A DNA stretch of 64,000 bases, from contig JAGBJG010000008.1 in the NCBI GenBank assembly GCA_017934595.1, forward strand, positions 65,687 through 129,686, given 5' to 3'. Of this stretch, positions 1 to 10,058 are shown piece by piece. A program made the position numbers and the translations under genes. Numbering within the stretch: position 1 is the stretch's first letter; every line of letters begins with the position of its first letter. Source of the DNA: Bacilli bacterium (GTDB lineage Bacteria; Bacillota_I; Bacilli_A; RF39; UBA660). Below the pieces are notes generated by a model. That model made no database searches and was not told the origin of the DNA. It worked only from the letters and a program-made list of their open reading frames with translations.

Positions 1-9
1 AATACATAT

Positions 10-246
10 ATGACTAATTTAATGAGTTTTATCAATAGTAATACTAAATTATTAAAAACAAATATAATTGATGATACTATGGAATTAGTATTTAATAGCT
101 ATATTTTAAATGATACAGATAATATATTAGAAGAAGTTATAAATACAATATCTTTATCAATTAAAGATAATTATGACGTATCAGAAGTGATATTTTATGT
201 AGATAATGATGAAATTTATAAAAGTGTGTTAAAAAGTCTTGAATAA
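10..246 (+). CDS. hypothetical protein; the frame is open to the window edge, so this may be the C-terminal part of a longer gene
   Basis: ORF with no in-frame stop upstream to position 1; no recognisable motif. Confidence 0.3.
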   Translation: MTNLMSFINSNTKLLKTNIIDDTMELVFNSYILNDTDNILEEVINTISLSIKDNYDVSEVIFYVDNDEIYKSVLKSLE

Positions 247-292
247 TATTTAATTTTATTATATAATTAATGTGTTTCCAAATGAAGCACAT

Positions 293-369
<77 letters not shown>

Positions 370-441
370 TTTATGATAATTACCCCTTATTGGGGTTTTT
401 ATTTTGCCTTAATATATGTTATAATTTCATTAGGTGATATT

Positions 442-1104
442 ATGGAAAATGAGTATTTGAATGAAGACATGTATAATAAAGGTAAAAATAAAATAAGAGT
501 AATTATTATAGTTATTGTCTTAATTGGTTTAGCTATAGGTGGTGGATTAATATATTTTGGTATTAATAGATCTAATCCAGAGAGAATAGAATCTTTAACT
601 AATGAATTAAACATAGCTAAAGAAGAATTAGTTACTTTAAAAAATTCATTGACTGAAAAGAATAAACCAGTTAATGAAGAAATAAAAAAATTAGAACGTG
701 TTCCTTTTAGAGGTTTTACAGAAGATTATTACGAAAACCAAGATAAAATAGTTGAATTAAAGGAAAGTATAAAAGAAGATACTAAAACTATCGAAGATAT
801 TAATTACGTATTTGAATATGGATGTACATTTAATCATAATATTAATCTTAATAAATATTGTGATTTATATAATACTTTAGAAAGAGCTAATGATAAAACA
901 TATAGTATACCATTTTATATGTTTGGTGGATTTGTTATAGTTGCTGTGCTTATGTCATTATTACCATTTATATTTATGTTAAAAGGTAGAGAAATAACTT
1001 CATTTGTGACTGAGCAAGGTTTACCAATTGCTAAAGAATCAGTAGAAAAGATGGGACCATCAGTTGCTAAGATGGCAAAAGATATTAAAGATAAAATAAA
1101 ATAG
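442..1104 (+). CDS. membrane protein with central coiled-coil, unknown function
   Basis: RBS AGGTGA before the ATG at 442; TM helix near the N-terminus and a second near the C-terminus; charged coiled-coil middle. Confidence 0.5.
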   Translation: MENEYLNEDMYNKGKNKIRVIIIVIVLIGLAIGGGLIYFGINRSNPERIESLTNELNIAKEELVTLKNSLTEKNKPVNEEIKKLERVPFRGFTEDYYENQDKIVELKESIKEDTKTIEDINYVFEYGCTFNHNINLNKYCDLYNTLERANDKTYSIPFYMFGGFVIVAVLMSLLPFIFMLKGREITSFVTEQGLPIAKESVEKMGPSVAKMAKDIKDKIK

Positions 1105-1174
1105 AAGCTAAATGCTTCTATTTTGCATATATTAAAAAAATGTGGTATTATATACCCTCGAAAGAGGGGTTAAT

Positions 1175-1732
1175 ATGAATTATATTGATTATGACGTCGC
1201 TATGTTAAGACAATTTTTCAACGAAAGAGAATTATCTGCGGGTAAGATAAATTATATTTTAAATAAGAATCCATTTGATTTAGACTATGTAATTTGGGAA
1301 AAACAAACAATAAATAATAATTTTACTTTTTCAAAACATGTAAAATGTTTAATAGGAGAAGATGAATCTATATGTGAAATTACTAACCATAAAGATAATA
1401 GAATAACTTCTGTAATGTCTAATCCAAGTGAGTATAGAATATGTACTGAATCAGGTAAAATATATTTAAACTTTGATAGTGTTCTTTTATTTAAAGGAAT
1501 AGCTAATGGTGAGGATTTAATATTAAGAAATATAGATTTTAGAAGAGCTGATATCGTTATGGGTGTATGTACTAAAAACCCTCACTATTATAAAAGATGT
1601 AAAGAATTCTATGAAAGTGTAACAGATGGTTATCACATGTTTAAGATTGTTAAAGAGGATGATAAACAAAAAATATATATCGCGTCTAATAGAAGACCAT
1701 ACAAAAAGAACTTATATAATAGTTCTTTTTAA
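1175..1732 (+). CDS. hypothetical protein
   Basis: RBS GAGGGG 7 nt before the ATG at 1175; no recognised domain. Confidence 0.5.
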   Translation: MNYIDYDVAMLRQFFNERELSAGKINYILNKNPFDLDYVIWEKQTINNNFTFSKHVKCLIGEDESICEITNHKDNRITSVMSNPSEYRICTESGKIYLNFDSVLLFKGIANGEDLILRNIDFRRADIVMGVCTKNPHYYKRCKEFYESVTDGYHMFKIVKEDDKQKIYIASNRRPYKKNLYNSSF

Positions 1733-2301
1733 AATGCTGTTTTTATCTTGTATAATATCTCTAATTTAATAGCTATATTTTTAATATCTTCTAATAGAGT
1801 TTCATCTACGATAGCTTCATATATAACATTTAAATCAAATTCTTTATATAGAATATTAATTACTTTTTGATCTACATAACTTATTTTATCATAAGGTATT
1901 TCAAATCTAATTTTATATCCATCTACTAATTCTTTTATTTCACTAGATTTAACTAAATCATTAATTGAATTAGCATAAGCTCTAAGTAACCCTCCCGCAC
2001 CTAATTTAATGCCACCGAAGTATCTGACTACAATAGCTAATATATGATCTAATTCATTTTTTCTTAATATATCTAAAATAGGTATACCAGCAGTACCAGA
2101 AGGTTCACCATCATCAAATGCTTTTTCTTTTCCGTCACAAATGTATGCATAACATATATGAGTAGCATCTTTATATTCATCTTTCATTTTATCAAGAATG
2201 TTTTTTACATCATCAGTACTATTTATTTTAATTAAATAACCTATAAATTTAGATTTATTTATTTCTTTAGTATCAGACATATTTCTAGCTATAGTATACA
2301 T
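1729..2301 (-). CDS. yigZ: YigZ/IMPACT family protein (UPF0029)
   Basis: GEPSGTAG motif and overall IMPACT-family pattern; RBS GGTGAT upstream on the minus strand. Confidence 0.75.
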   Translation of the reverse strand: MYTIARNMSDTKEINKSKFIGYLIKINSTDDVKNILDKMKDEYKDATHICYAYICDGKEKAFDDGEPSGTAGIPILDILRKNELDHILAIVVRYFGGIKLGAGGLLRAYANSINDLVKSSEIKELVDGYKIRFEIPYDKISYVDQKVINILYKEFDLNVIYEAIVDETLLEDIKNIAIKLEILYKIKTAF

Positions 2302-2346
2302 AAAATCACCAAGTTAATTATATCAATTTTTCTTGAAAAATGCTAT

Positions 2347-2375
2347 TTGACATATTTTTGTAAAGAATGTATAAT
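2347..2375 (+). promoter_or_regulatory. consensus sigma-A promoter: TTGACA, 17-nt spacer, extended -10 TGTATAAT
   Basis: Perfect -35 at 2347-2352, TG at 2368-2369, TATAAT at 2370-2375. No plus-strand ORF lies downstream. Confidence 0.55.
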
Positions 2376-2381
2376 CTAATT

Positions 2382-2432
2382 AATGAGATTGGTCGTGACC
2401 CGTATGGGTTGCGGTCAATCTTATTTTCTTTT
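2382..2432 (+). ncRNA. candidate very short sRNA or orphan terminator: a 15-bp hairpin with 4 G-U pairs and a GUAU loop, followed by UUAUUUUCUUUU
   Basis: Stem 2387-2401 pairs with 2406-2420 only as RNA on the plus strand (G-U pairs become A-C mismatches on the minus strand). U-tract at 2421-2432. Confidence 0.3.
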
Positions 2433-2936
2433 ATAAATAGCTATAAGTTTTGAACCCTTTTTTAATATTATTTTATTTATCCATTTTCTAGCGGCATTAT
2501 TATAAATATTTTTGATTTGATATTTTGCTTCATTTATTGTTAATTTACTATTAGAAATATCTATAATAAAATTTTTTGATTGTTCTTTACTATCTTTTAT
2601 CATATTTTCAATTGTTCTTCGACTAGAACCGATTGGCATTTTTAAATCCCAATATTCGCCGTTCCACCAATAATCTGCTGTCTTAATTCCGTCAGGTATA
2701 TTAACTTTAGGATTCATATAAAATTCACCGCCAATTATTGTTTCGATCCATATAGCTATTTCTAATTCTTTGTCGCTGTAATCTAGGATTACTTTTTTTG
2801 TTCCATCTACAATATATATATTGTCGTTAGAAATATAGAAGTAACTATTCACTATCGTATGGCTATTAGGTATTGCATTTTTTAAATAATCAATTGTTAC
2901 ATCTATGTATTTTTTTTTAATTAAATTTTGTGTCAT
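2421..2936 (-). CDS. hypothetical protein (171 aa), possibly a toxin-like C-terminal domain
   Basis: RBS AAAGGA upstream on the minus strand; no confident family assignment. Confidence 0.5.
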   Translation of the reverse strand: MTQNLIKKKYIDVTIDYLKNAIPNSHTIVNSYFYISNDNIYIVDGTKKVILDYSDKELEIAIWIETIIGGEFYMNPKVNIPDGIKTADYWWNGEYWDLKMPIGSSRRTIENMIKDSKEQSKNFIIDISNSKLTINEAKYQIKNIYNNAARKWINKIILKKGSKLIAIYKRK

Positions 2937-3069
2937 AAATATAATCCTTTCTATTTACAACACACTACATTAAAAATATATAATAAACTATAAAATTTAA
3001 CAATATCTTTAGCAAAACTTTTCTTGAAAAAATATACTATCTATGTTATTATCATTAAAGGTGATTTGT

Positions 3070-4470
3070 ATGAACTTACCAAATATGTTGGACGCGAAAA
3101 AAAGAAATAGTGAAGAAACTAAACATATATATTTAGATGATAAAGTATCTGATATGTATAAAAATAAAAAATACTTTATAAGAACTTATGGTTGTCAGAT
3201 GAATGTACATGATAGTGAAGAGATAGCTTATATCTTAGAAAGTGTTGGAATGACTCCTATAGATACTATAGAAGGTGCAGATGTAGTAGTTTTAAATACA
3301 TGTGCCATAAGAGAAAACGCTCATGATAAGTTATATGGATTTTTAGGTAGATGTAAACATGAAAAAGAAACAAATAATCATGATTTAATTATCTGTATAT
3401 GTGGATGTATGCCTCAAGAAGAGTCTGTGGCTAATGATTTAATTAAAAATCATCCATATGTAGATATAGTATTTGGTACTCATAATATTCATGAACTTAC
3501 TGATATGCTACTTAATAAAATGGATAACCAAAATATTAAAGTATATTCTATGCAAGGTGAAGTATTTGAAAATGTTAAATATAAAAGAGATTCTAATATT
3601 AAAGCTTGGGTAGATATCCAATACGGTTGTGATAAATTCTGTACTTACTGCATAGTTCCATATACAAGAGGTAAACAAAGAAGCAGATATTCAACTGAAA
3701 TAGTAAAAGAAGTAGAATGTCTTAAAAAAGAAGGATATAAAGAAGTAACGTTACTTGGTCAAAATGTTAATGCATATGGTAAAGATATAGATGATATATC
3801 ATTTGCTGAATTATTAGCTAAAGTTGCTGATACAGGAATAGATAGAGTTAGATTTGTTACATCACATCCTTGGGATTTTACAGATGATATGATAGAAGTT
3901 ATAAGTGAACGTGATAATATCATGCCTTATATTCATCTACCATTACAATCAGGTTCTTCTAAAATATTAAAATTAATGGGTAGAAGATATACTAAAGAAG
4001 AATATTTAACTTTATATAATAATATTAAAGCTGCTATGCCAGAATGTGCTATTACAACAGATATTATTGTAGGTTTCCCAGGTGAGACTGAAGAAGATTT
4101 TAACGAGACTTTAGATGTAGTTAATGCTTGTAAATATGATTCTGCATTCACGTTTATTTATTCACCAAGAGAAGGTACACCTGCTGCTAAAATGGAACAA
4201 CTTGATAAAAAAGTATGTGAAGATAGATTACATAAATTAAATGAGTTGATAAATAAATACGCTAAAGAAGCTAATGATAAATATTTAGATAAAGTTGTAC
4301 CGGTATTAATTGAAGGATTAAGTGAAAAAAATGAATCTTTAATGATGGGTTATACTGATACAATGAAATTAGTAAATGTAAAAGGTGATTTATCTAATGT
4401 TGGTAAAATCGTTAATGTACATATAACTGATGTGAAAACTTGGAGTATGGATGGAGAAATAGTTGAATAA
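3070..4470 (+). CDS. miaB: tRNA-i6A37 methylthiotransferase MiaB (radical SAM)
   Basis: N-terminal MTTase motif YFIRTYGCQMNVHDSE, radical SAM CxxxCxxC (CTYCIVP), TRAM-like C-terminus; RBS GGTGA. Confidence 0.9.
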   Translation: MNLPNMLDAKKRNSEETKHIYLDDKVSDMYKNKKYFIRTYGCQMNVHDSEEIAYILESVGMTPIDTIEGADVVVLNTCAIRENAHDKLYGFLGRCKHEKETNNHDLIICICGCMPQEESVANDLIKNHPYVDIVFGTHNIHELTDMLLNKMDNQNIKVYSMQGEVFENVKYKRDSNIKAWVDIQYGCDKFCTYCIVPYTRGKQRSRYSTEIVKEVECLKKEGYKEVTLLGQNVNAYGKDIDDISFAELLAKVADTGIDRVRFVTSHPWDFTDDMIEVISERDNIMPYIHLPLQSGSSKILKLMGRRYTKEEYLTLYNNIKAAMPECAITTDIIVGFPGETEEDFNETLDVVNACKYDSAFTFIYSPREGTPAAKMEQLDKKVCEDRLHKLNELINKYAKEANDKYLDKVVPVLIEGLSEKNESLMMGYTDTMKLVNVKGDLSNVGKIVNVHITDVKTWSMDGEIVE

Positions 4471-4535
4471 ACTATTTTTCTTTTGACATTTATACTTATT
4501 TTTGGTATCATATCATATTGTCTAGAGGTGATGAT

Positions 4536-5348
4536 ATGAAACTAGAAATTATTAATATGTATAGTTATAATACTAATATTGTTAAAAATAATAGTTTTAA
4601 ATATATAAGACCTATCATAGAAGATACTATAGAAAATAAAAAGAAATATGGTATACCAACACTACCTATTATCTATGATTTAGAAAAGGTAGTAGAAGAT
4701 GTTGAAGTAGTTAATAATACAACTAATTTTTTGGAAAATAAATTAGTATCACTTACATTTGATGATGGACCTACTAAATATACAAATGAATTATTAAAAG
4801 TACTTGAAAGAAATCATAGTAGGGCAACATTCTTTATCTTAGGTAATAAGATTAGGGGTAATGAGGAAGCTATTAAAAATATTCGTTCTAAGGGTAACGA
4901 AATAGGTATAAATGGATATTCACATAAACCATTTACTAATATGAGTTTAGAAGATGTAGATGCTGAAATTGATAATACACTTGATATGTTGAAGAACTTA
5001 GGTGTTAAACCATCTAATATAGTAAGACCACCATATGGTAAATTAAACGGATCTATTAAGATAAGATCTAAATCGCCATTTGTACTTTGGAATATAGATA
5101 CAAGTGATGTACGTGATAAAGAAGCAATTAGAAATAAAATTATAAGTAATATTCAGCCTGGTTCAATTATAAAATTACATGATACATCTATAGATACGAT
5201 TGAAGCATTAGAAGAAGTATTACCTGAATTAATTAAAGACGGATATAGATTTGTTACTGTAGGTGAAATGAATAAAATATATGAGAATGATTTAGTTCCA
5301 GGTAAGGTATATGGTAAGGTATATGATAAATTAAAAGAAGTAGCTTAA
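4536..5348 (+). CDS. polysaccharide deacetylase (NodB-homology domain)
   Basis: TFDDGP motif and the HS..H and IKLHD motifs; RBS GAGGTGATGAT. Confidence 0.8.
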   Translation: MKLEIINMYSYNTNIVKNNSFKYIRPIIEDTIENKKKYGIPTLPIIYDLEKVVEDVEVVNNTTNFLENKLVSLTFDDGPTKYTNELLKVLERNHSRATFFILGNKIRGNEEAIKNIRSKGNEIGINGYSHKPFTNMSLEDVDAEIDNTLDMLKNLGVKPSNIVRPPYGKLNGSIKIRSKSPFVLWNIDTSDVRDKEAIRNKIISNIQPGSIIKLHDTSIDTIEALEEVLPELIKDGYRFVTVGEMNKIYENDLVPGKVYGKVYDKLKEVA

Positions 5349-5425
5349 AACACATTTAATAATGTGTTTTTTCTTGTAAAAAATACTATATTTTGATATA
5401 ATTTTTATAGAATAGGGTGAGGCTA

Positions 5426-7183
5426 ATGTTCGGTAAGATAATTTATATTAGTGATAACACAGCGCATATATCAATACCAGAAGGTACTCCTGTAGCTACT
5501 AACTTGATGAATATGCATGTTGTATTTGAAGATGATAATAAAAAAATATTAGGAGAAGTAGAAGATGTATCTAAAGAAGTTATTAAGGTTACTTTTTTGG
5601 GTGAAATTACAGAAAGAGGTTTTATTGGTGGAGTAATTAGAAAACCAACATTAGAAGCTAAATTAAGAATTATAAATAAAGATGAATTAGCTATGTTAGT
5701 TGGTGTACCTGGTAAAGGTAGATTTAGTGTTGGTGTATCACCTTTGTATGATGATTATCCTATTATGGCTAATGTTAATGATATGTTTAGTAATCATATG
5801 GCTATATTTGGTAACTCTGGTTCTGGTAAATCATGTGGCGTAGCTAGATTATTGCAAAATGTATTTACTGATCCAGCATTACTTCCATATAAAGCTAATT
5901 TCTTTATTTTTGATGCTTATGGTGAATATCATAACTCATTTAGAAATATTAATAGTATTAATCCAAATTATAATTTTAAATATTATACAACTAATAAATA
6001 TGACACAATGGGTGAAAAATTGAGAATTCCATTATGGCTTTTAGATACAGAGGATTTAGCGATACTTTTAAATGTTACTGAACATTCACAAATACCAATT
6101 GTAGAAAGAATGTTAAAATTAGTTCAAATATTTGCTTTAAGCAGTGAAATGTCTACTAAATATAAAAATCATTTAATAGCTAAAGCTATTATGGCAATAT
6201 TATTTACTAATCAAACATCCGCGTCTAAAAGAAATGATATATTTGCTATTCTAGAAACTTGTTCAACTAATGAATTTAATATGGAAGCTCCTGTACAAGG
6301 ACTTGGTTATGTTCGTAAGTTTAGAGATTGTTTCATTATAGATACAGCAGGTAACTTTACTGAAAGTATCTTAGTAACTGAATATGTAACATCATTTATA
6401 GATGAAGCATTAGATAAATATGAACCAACAGAAATAAATTATTATACATTAGAAGATTTAGAAAAAGCATTAAACTTCACATTAATATCTGAAGGATTAC
6501 TTAGAAATGATATAGCGTATGCATCTGCTATTACATTAAAAGTTAGATTACATTCATTATTAATTAGTGAATATAGTCAGTATTTTAAAGTACCTGAATT
6601 TATTACAAGAGAAAAATATATTGCTTCATTAGTTACAAAAGACGCTCATAAAGCTCAAATAGTTAACTTTAACTTAGAAGATGTAGATGATTGGTTTGCT
6701 AAATTTGTTACTAAGACTTTTGCTAAAATGTTATTTAATTTTGCTAAGAGTTTAAATAACCGTGCTACAATACCATTCCATATCTTCTTAGAAGAAGCAC
6801 ACAGATATGTTCAAAATGATAATGACTTATATTTACTAGGTTATAATATCTTTGAACGTGTTGCTAAGGAAGGTAGAAAATATGGTGTTATTCTAGATTT
6901 AATATCACAAAGACCAGTTGAACTTTCTGAAACAGTTATTTCACAAGTTTCTAACTTTATGATATTTAAATTAACACATCCAAGAGATATTGATTATGTT
7001 AAGAAGATGTTACCTAATATTTCAGCTGACATAGTTGAAAAACAAAAGAGCTTACAACCAGGTACATGTGTTGCCTTTGGACCAGCATTTAAAATACCAA
7101 TGATTATTAAAATGAAAATGCCAGATCCAGCTCCACAATCTTCAAACTGTGATATTATAAATACATGGACAGTACATCAATAG
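5426..7183 (+). CDS. HerA-like P-loop ATPase (HAS-barrel N-terminus, Walker A GNSGSGKS, Walker B LEEAHRY, SQRP motif)
   Basis: Motifs match the HerA/FtsK-type ATPase family. It is paralogous to 17490-19259. Confidence 0.65.
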   Translation: MFGKIIYISDNTAHISIPEGTPVATNLMNMHVVFEDDNKKILGEVEDVSKEVIKVTFLGEITERGFIGGVIRKPTLEAKLRIINKDELAMLVGVPGKGRFSVGVSPLYDDYPIMANVNDMFSNHMAIFGNSGSGKSCGVARLLQNVFTDPALLPYKANFFIFDAYGEYHNSFRNINSINPNYNFKYYTTNKYDTMGEKLRIPLWLLDTEDLAILLNVTEHSQIPIVERMLKLVQIFALSSEMSTKYKNHLIAKAIMAILFTNQTSASKRNDIFAILETCSTNEFNMEAPVQGLGYVRKFRDCFIIDTAGNFTESILVTEYVTSFIDEALDKYEPTEINYYTLEDLEKALNFTLISEGLLRNDIAYASAITLKVRLHSLLISEYSQYFKVPEFITREKYIASLVTKDAHKAQIVNFNLEDVDDWFAKFVTKTFAKMLFNFAKSLNNRATIPFHIFLEEAHRYVQNDNDLYLLGYNIFERVAKEGRKYGVILDLISQRPVELSETVISQVSNFMIFKLTHPRDIDYVKKMLPNISADIVEKQKSLQPGTCVAFGPAFKIPMIIKMKMPDPAPQSSNCDIINTWTVHQ

Positions 7184-7240
7184 TACTGTTTTTTCTTTAT
7201 ATTAAATACTTAATATGATATAATTAAATAGGTGATAAAC

Positions 7241-8545
7241 ATGTTTGAAAGTTTAGGAGATAGACTTACTAATGCGATTAATAAGATAAAAGGCTATGGT
7301 AAGATTACAGAAGATAATATTAGCGAAATCATGAGAGAAATTCGTCTTGCTTTATTAGAGGCAGATGTAAACTATGATGTTGTAAAGGAATTTACTAATA
7401 ATGTAAAGGAAAAGGCTTTAGGTGAAGAAGTAGCTAAATCACTTAAACCAAGTGAAGTATTTGTTAAAATAGTTAAAGATGAATTAGTAGAATTATTAGG
7501 TGGCGATAAGGCACCTTTATATACTGATGGCAAACCATCTATACTTATGATGGTAGGTTTACAAGGTACAGGTAAAACGACATCTATTGGTAAATTAGCG
7601 TTATTACTAAGAAAAAAATATAATAAGAAACCTTTATTAGTTGCTTGTGATATATATAGACCAGCTGCTATAGATCAATTAAAGCAAATAGGTAAAGAAT
7701 TAAATATCGAAGTATTTAGTGAAGATAAAGACCCAGTTACTATAAGTAAAGACGCAATTGGTTATGCTAAAGAAAATCATTTTGATTATGTTTTAATAGA
7801 TACTGCTGGTAGATTACAAATAGATGAAGAATTAATGTTAGAACTAGAAAACATTAATAAAGAAGTGAATCCAAATGAAATATTACTTGTAGTAGATAGT
7901 ATGACAGGTCAAAGTGCAGTAGATGTAATTAAAGGATTCAATGAAAAACTACCTTTAACTGGTGCTATTTTAACTAAGTTAGATGGTGATACTAAAGGTG
8001 GTGCTGCCTTATCAATTAGACACTTAACTAATATACCAATTAAATATATTGGTGTATCAGAAAAAATGGATGGATTAGAAGAGTTTTATCCTGAAAGAAT
8101 GGCTAATCGTATCTTAGATATGGGTGATATCATGTCTATGATTGAAAAAGCCGAAGATGTTATTGATAAAGACGAGATGGAAAAGACTGCTAAGAAAATG
8201 CAAAATGGTAAATTTGATTTAGAAGATTTCTTATCTACAATGAAGCAAATGAAAAAATTAGGACCACTTGAAAATTTACTTAAGATGTTACCAGGAGCTT
8301 CTAAATATAATTTAAAAGATGTTAAAATAGATCCAAAGGAAATGGCTCATATCGAAGCTATAATCTTATCTATGACACCTAAAGAAAGAAGAAATCCAGA
8401 TATTTTAAAAGCATCACATAAAATTAGAATCGCTAATGGTTCTGGTAGAACTGTTACAGAAGTAAATACTTTACTTAAACGTTTTGAAGAAATGCAAAAG
8501 ATGATGAAACAAATGAAAAATGGTAATTTTAAAATGCCGTTTTAA
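7241..8545 (+). CDS. ffh: signal recognition particle protein Ffh
   Basis: N-domain MFESLGDRL, G-domain GLQGTGKTT and DTAGR, M-domain Met-rich C-terminus; RBS AGGTGA. Confidence 0.9.
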   Translation: MFESLGDRLTNAINKIKGYGKITEDNISEIMREIRLALLEADVNYDVVKEFTNNVKEKALGEEVAKSLKPSEVFVKIVKDELVELLGGDKAPLYTDGKPSILMMVGLQGTGKTTSIGKLALLLRKKYNKKPLLVACDIYRPAAIDQLKQIGKELNIEVFSEDKDPVTISKDAIGYAKENHFDYVLIDTAGRLQIDEELMLELENINKEVNPNEILLVVDSMTGQSAVDVIKGFNEKLPLTGAILTKLDGDTKGGAALSIRHLTNIPIKYIGVSEKMDGLEEFYPERMANRILDMGDIMSMIEKAEDVIDKDEMEKTAKKMQNGKFDLEDFLSTMKQMKKLGPLENLLKMLPGASKYNLKDVKIDPKEMAHIEAIILSMTPKERRNPDILKASHKIRIANGSGRTVTEVNTLLKRFEEMQKMMKQMKNGNFKMPF

Positions 8546-8553
8546 GGTGTAAT

Positions 8554-9024
8554 ATGGAATTTTATGAAGTAGATGGAATTGTAGACTTAGAAAAATATAA
8601 TTATTCCAATTATAAAGTTGGTGTTATAGCGCATATAGTAGATAAAGATGGCAATATATTATTACAACAAAGAGGACTAAAATCTAGAGATGAAAATGGT
8701 TTATTTGAAGATGTTGGTGGAAAAGTAGATAAAGATGATATAGATTATAAATTTGCTATTGAGAGAGAAATAAAAGAAGAAATGGGCGATGATGTCAATA
8801 TAAACATTAGTGGCCCTATGGGAGTATGGTATGTTCCCAAGAAGGATACTAACTGGTTATTTATAGTATTTAAAGGCACTTATTTAAATGGCAATATTAA
8901 AATTATGGAACCAGATAAATGTATGGGGTATAAATTTTTTACATATGATGAAGCAATTAAATCTAATATGTTAAGTGAAAGCTGTAATTTTTTAGTTAAG
9001 ACTATGAAAAAAATTGGTGAATAA
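8554..9024 (+). CDS. NUDIX hydrolase
   Basis: Nudix box GGKVDKDDIDYKFAIEREIKEEMG (GX5EX7REUXEEXGU pattern). Confidence 0.75.
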   Translation: MEFYEVDGIVDLEKYNYSNYKVGVIAHIVDKDGNILLQQRGLKSRDENGLFEDVGGKVDKDDIDYKFAIEREIKEEMGDDVNINISGPMGVWYVPKKDTNWLFIVFKGTYLNGNIKIMEPDKCMGYKFFTYDEAIKSNMLSESCNFLVKTMKKIGE

Positions 9025-9086
9025 GGCATTTTTATTATGCATATAAAACCAACCTACATATGATAGATTAGGTAAGGGAGGATTTT

Positions 9087-9344
9087 ATGTTTAATAAAAA
9101 TTGTTCATGTAATATGCCATATGATATGGATCCATGTAATAGAGAACCAATTATGGAACCTATGATTAATAAATGTGTAGAAAAGGAATTTATACACGAA
9201 GTAAAACACTGCTGTCCTATAAATACACATGTTATTAATAAACATATTTATAATCACACATATACACCTATGTATACATGTACATCTGAGGATGTAGTTA
9301 TTAATAATGATTGTGGTGGATGTTCAAAATTTATAGGTAGATAA
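9087..9344 (+). CDS. small Cys/His-rich protein, possibly an inner spore coat protein D (CotD)-like
   Basis: 85 aa with HCCP, repeated H-x-H/T-H, and a C-terminal DCGGCSKF resembling the CotD family as I recall it; strong RBS AGGGAGG. Confidence 0.4.
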   Translation: MFNKNCSCNMPYDMDPCNREPIMEPMINKCVEKEFIHEVKHCCPINTHVINKHIYNHTYTPMYTCTSEDVVINNDCGGCSKFIGR

Positions 9345-9371
9345 AACTTACTTTATGTAAGTTTTTTTCTT
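9345..9371 (+). terminator. intrinsic terminator (ACTTAC-TTTAT-GTAAGT plus T7); copy 1 of a 27-bp direct repeat
   Basis: Perfect 6-bp inverted repeat followed by TTTTTTT; an identical copy lies at 9995-10021. Confidence 0.7.
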
Positions 9372-9418
9372 GACAAATAGTATAAACAATGTATATACTA
9401 TTATTGTGAGGTGATATT

Positions 9419-9661
9419 ATGGAGGTTAGATTACAAAGATGGGGAAATTCAATGGGTATAAGAATACCAAGTAGTATTTTAAAAGCTTTGAATTTAAAAG
9501 CTAATGATACTTTAGAAATAGTGGAAGAAGATAATAAAATTATAATAACAGTTAGGAAGAATAAAAAGATATCTTTAAGTGAAAGATTTAGAAAATATAA
9601 CGGGAATAATGAAGTTACTCCATATGATTGGGGTGAACCAGTAGGTAAAGAAATATGGTAA
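9419..9661 (+). CDS. mazE: antitoxin MazE/PemI (AbrB/SpoVT fold)
   Basis: MEVRLQRWGNSMGIRIPSSILKAL is a swapped-hairpin barrel antitoxin motif. It overlaps the mazF start; RBS GAGGTGA. Confidence 0.8.
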   Translation: MEVRLQRWGNSMGIRIPSSILKALNLKANDTLEIVEEDNKIIITVRKNKKISLSERFRKYNGNNEVTPYDWGEPVGKEIW

Positions 9662-9996
9662 AAAAGTATATACCTAAACAAGGCGATATCTGCTATATGG
9701 ACTTTAATCCTACTAAGGGTCATGAACAAAAAGGTAATCGACCAGCTATAGTAGTTAGTAATGATGTTTTTAATATTAATACTGGTATGGCTATTGTATG
9801 TCCAATAACATCTAATACTAAAGAATTTCCTACGCATTATATATTATCTGATTCTAAAAAGGTTAAAGGATCAGTTTTATGTGAACATATGAGGAGTATT
9901 GACTATACAATGAGAAAACTATCATTTGTTGAAAAAGCAAGTGATAATGATTTACTTAGTGTAGTGATGCTTATGAATGCTTGTATAGAAGAATAA
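9655..9996 (+). CDS. mazF: toxin MazF/PemK endoribonuclease
   Basis: QGDICYMDFNPTKGHEQKGNRPAIVVSND...VCPITS is the canonical MazF/PemK signature. Confidence 0.85.
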   Translation: MVKKYIPKQGDICYMDFNPTKGHEQKGNRPAIVVSNDVFNINTGMAIVCPITSNTKEFPTHYILSDSKKVKGSVLCEHMRSIDYTMRKLSFVEKASDNDLLSVVMLMNACIEE

Positions 9997-10021
9997 CTTA
10001 CTTTATGTAAGTTTTTTTCTT
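9995..10021 (+). terminator. intrinsic terminator; copy 2 of the 27-bp direct repeat flanking mazEF
   Basis: Identical to 9345-9371. Confidence 0.7.
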
Positions 10022-10058
10022 CAATCTATGATATAATATATAAGATAGGTTGTGGAGT

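Noticed and set aside
9331-9837. 168-aa minus-strand ORF
   Set aside because: Antisense to the well-supported mazE-mazF pair, with no RBS. An AT-rich artefact.
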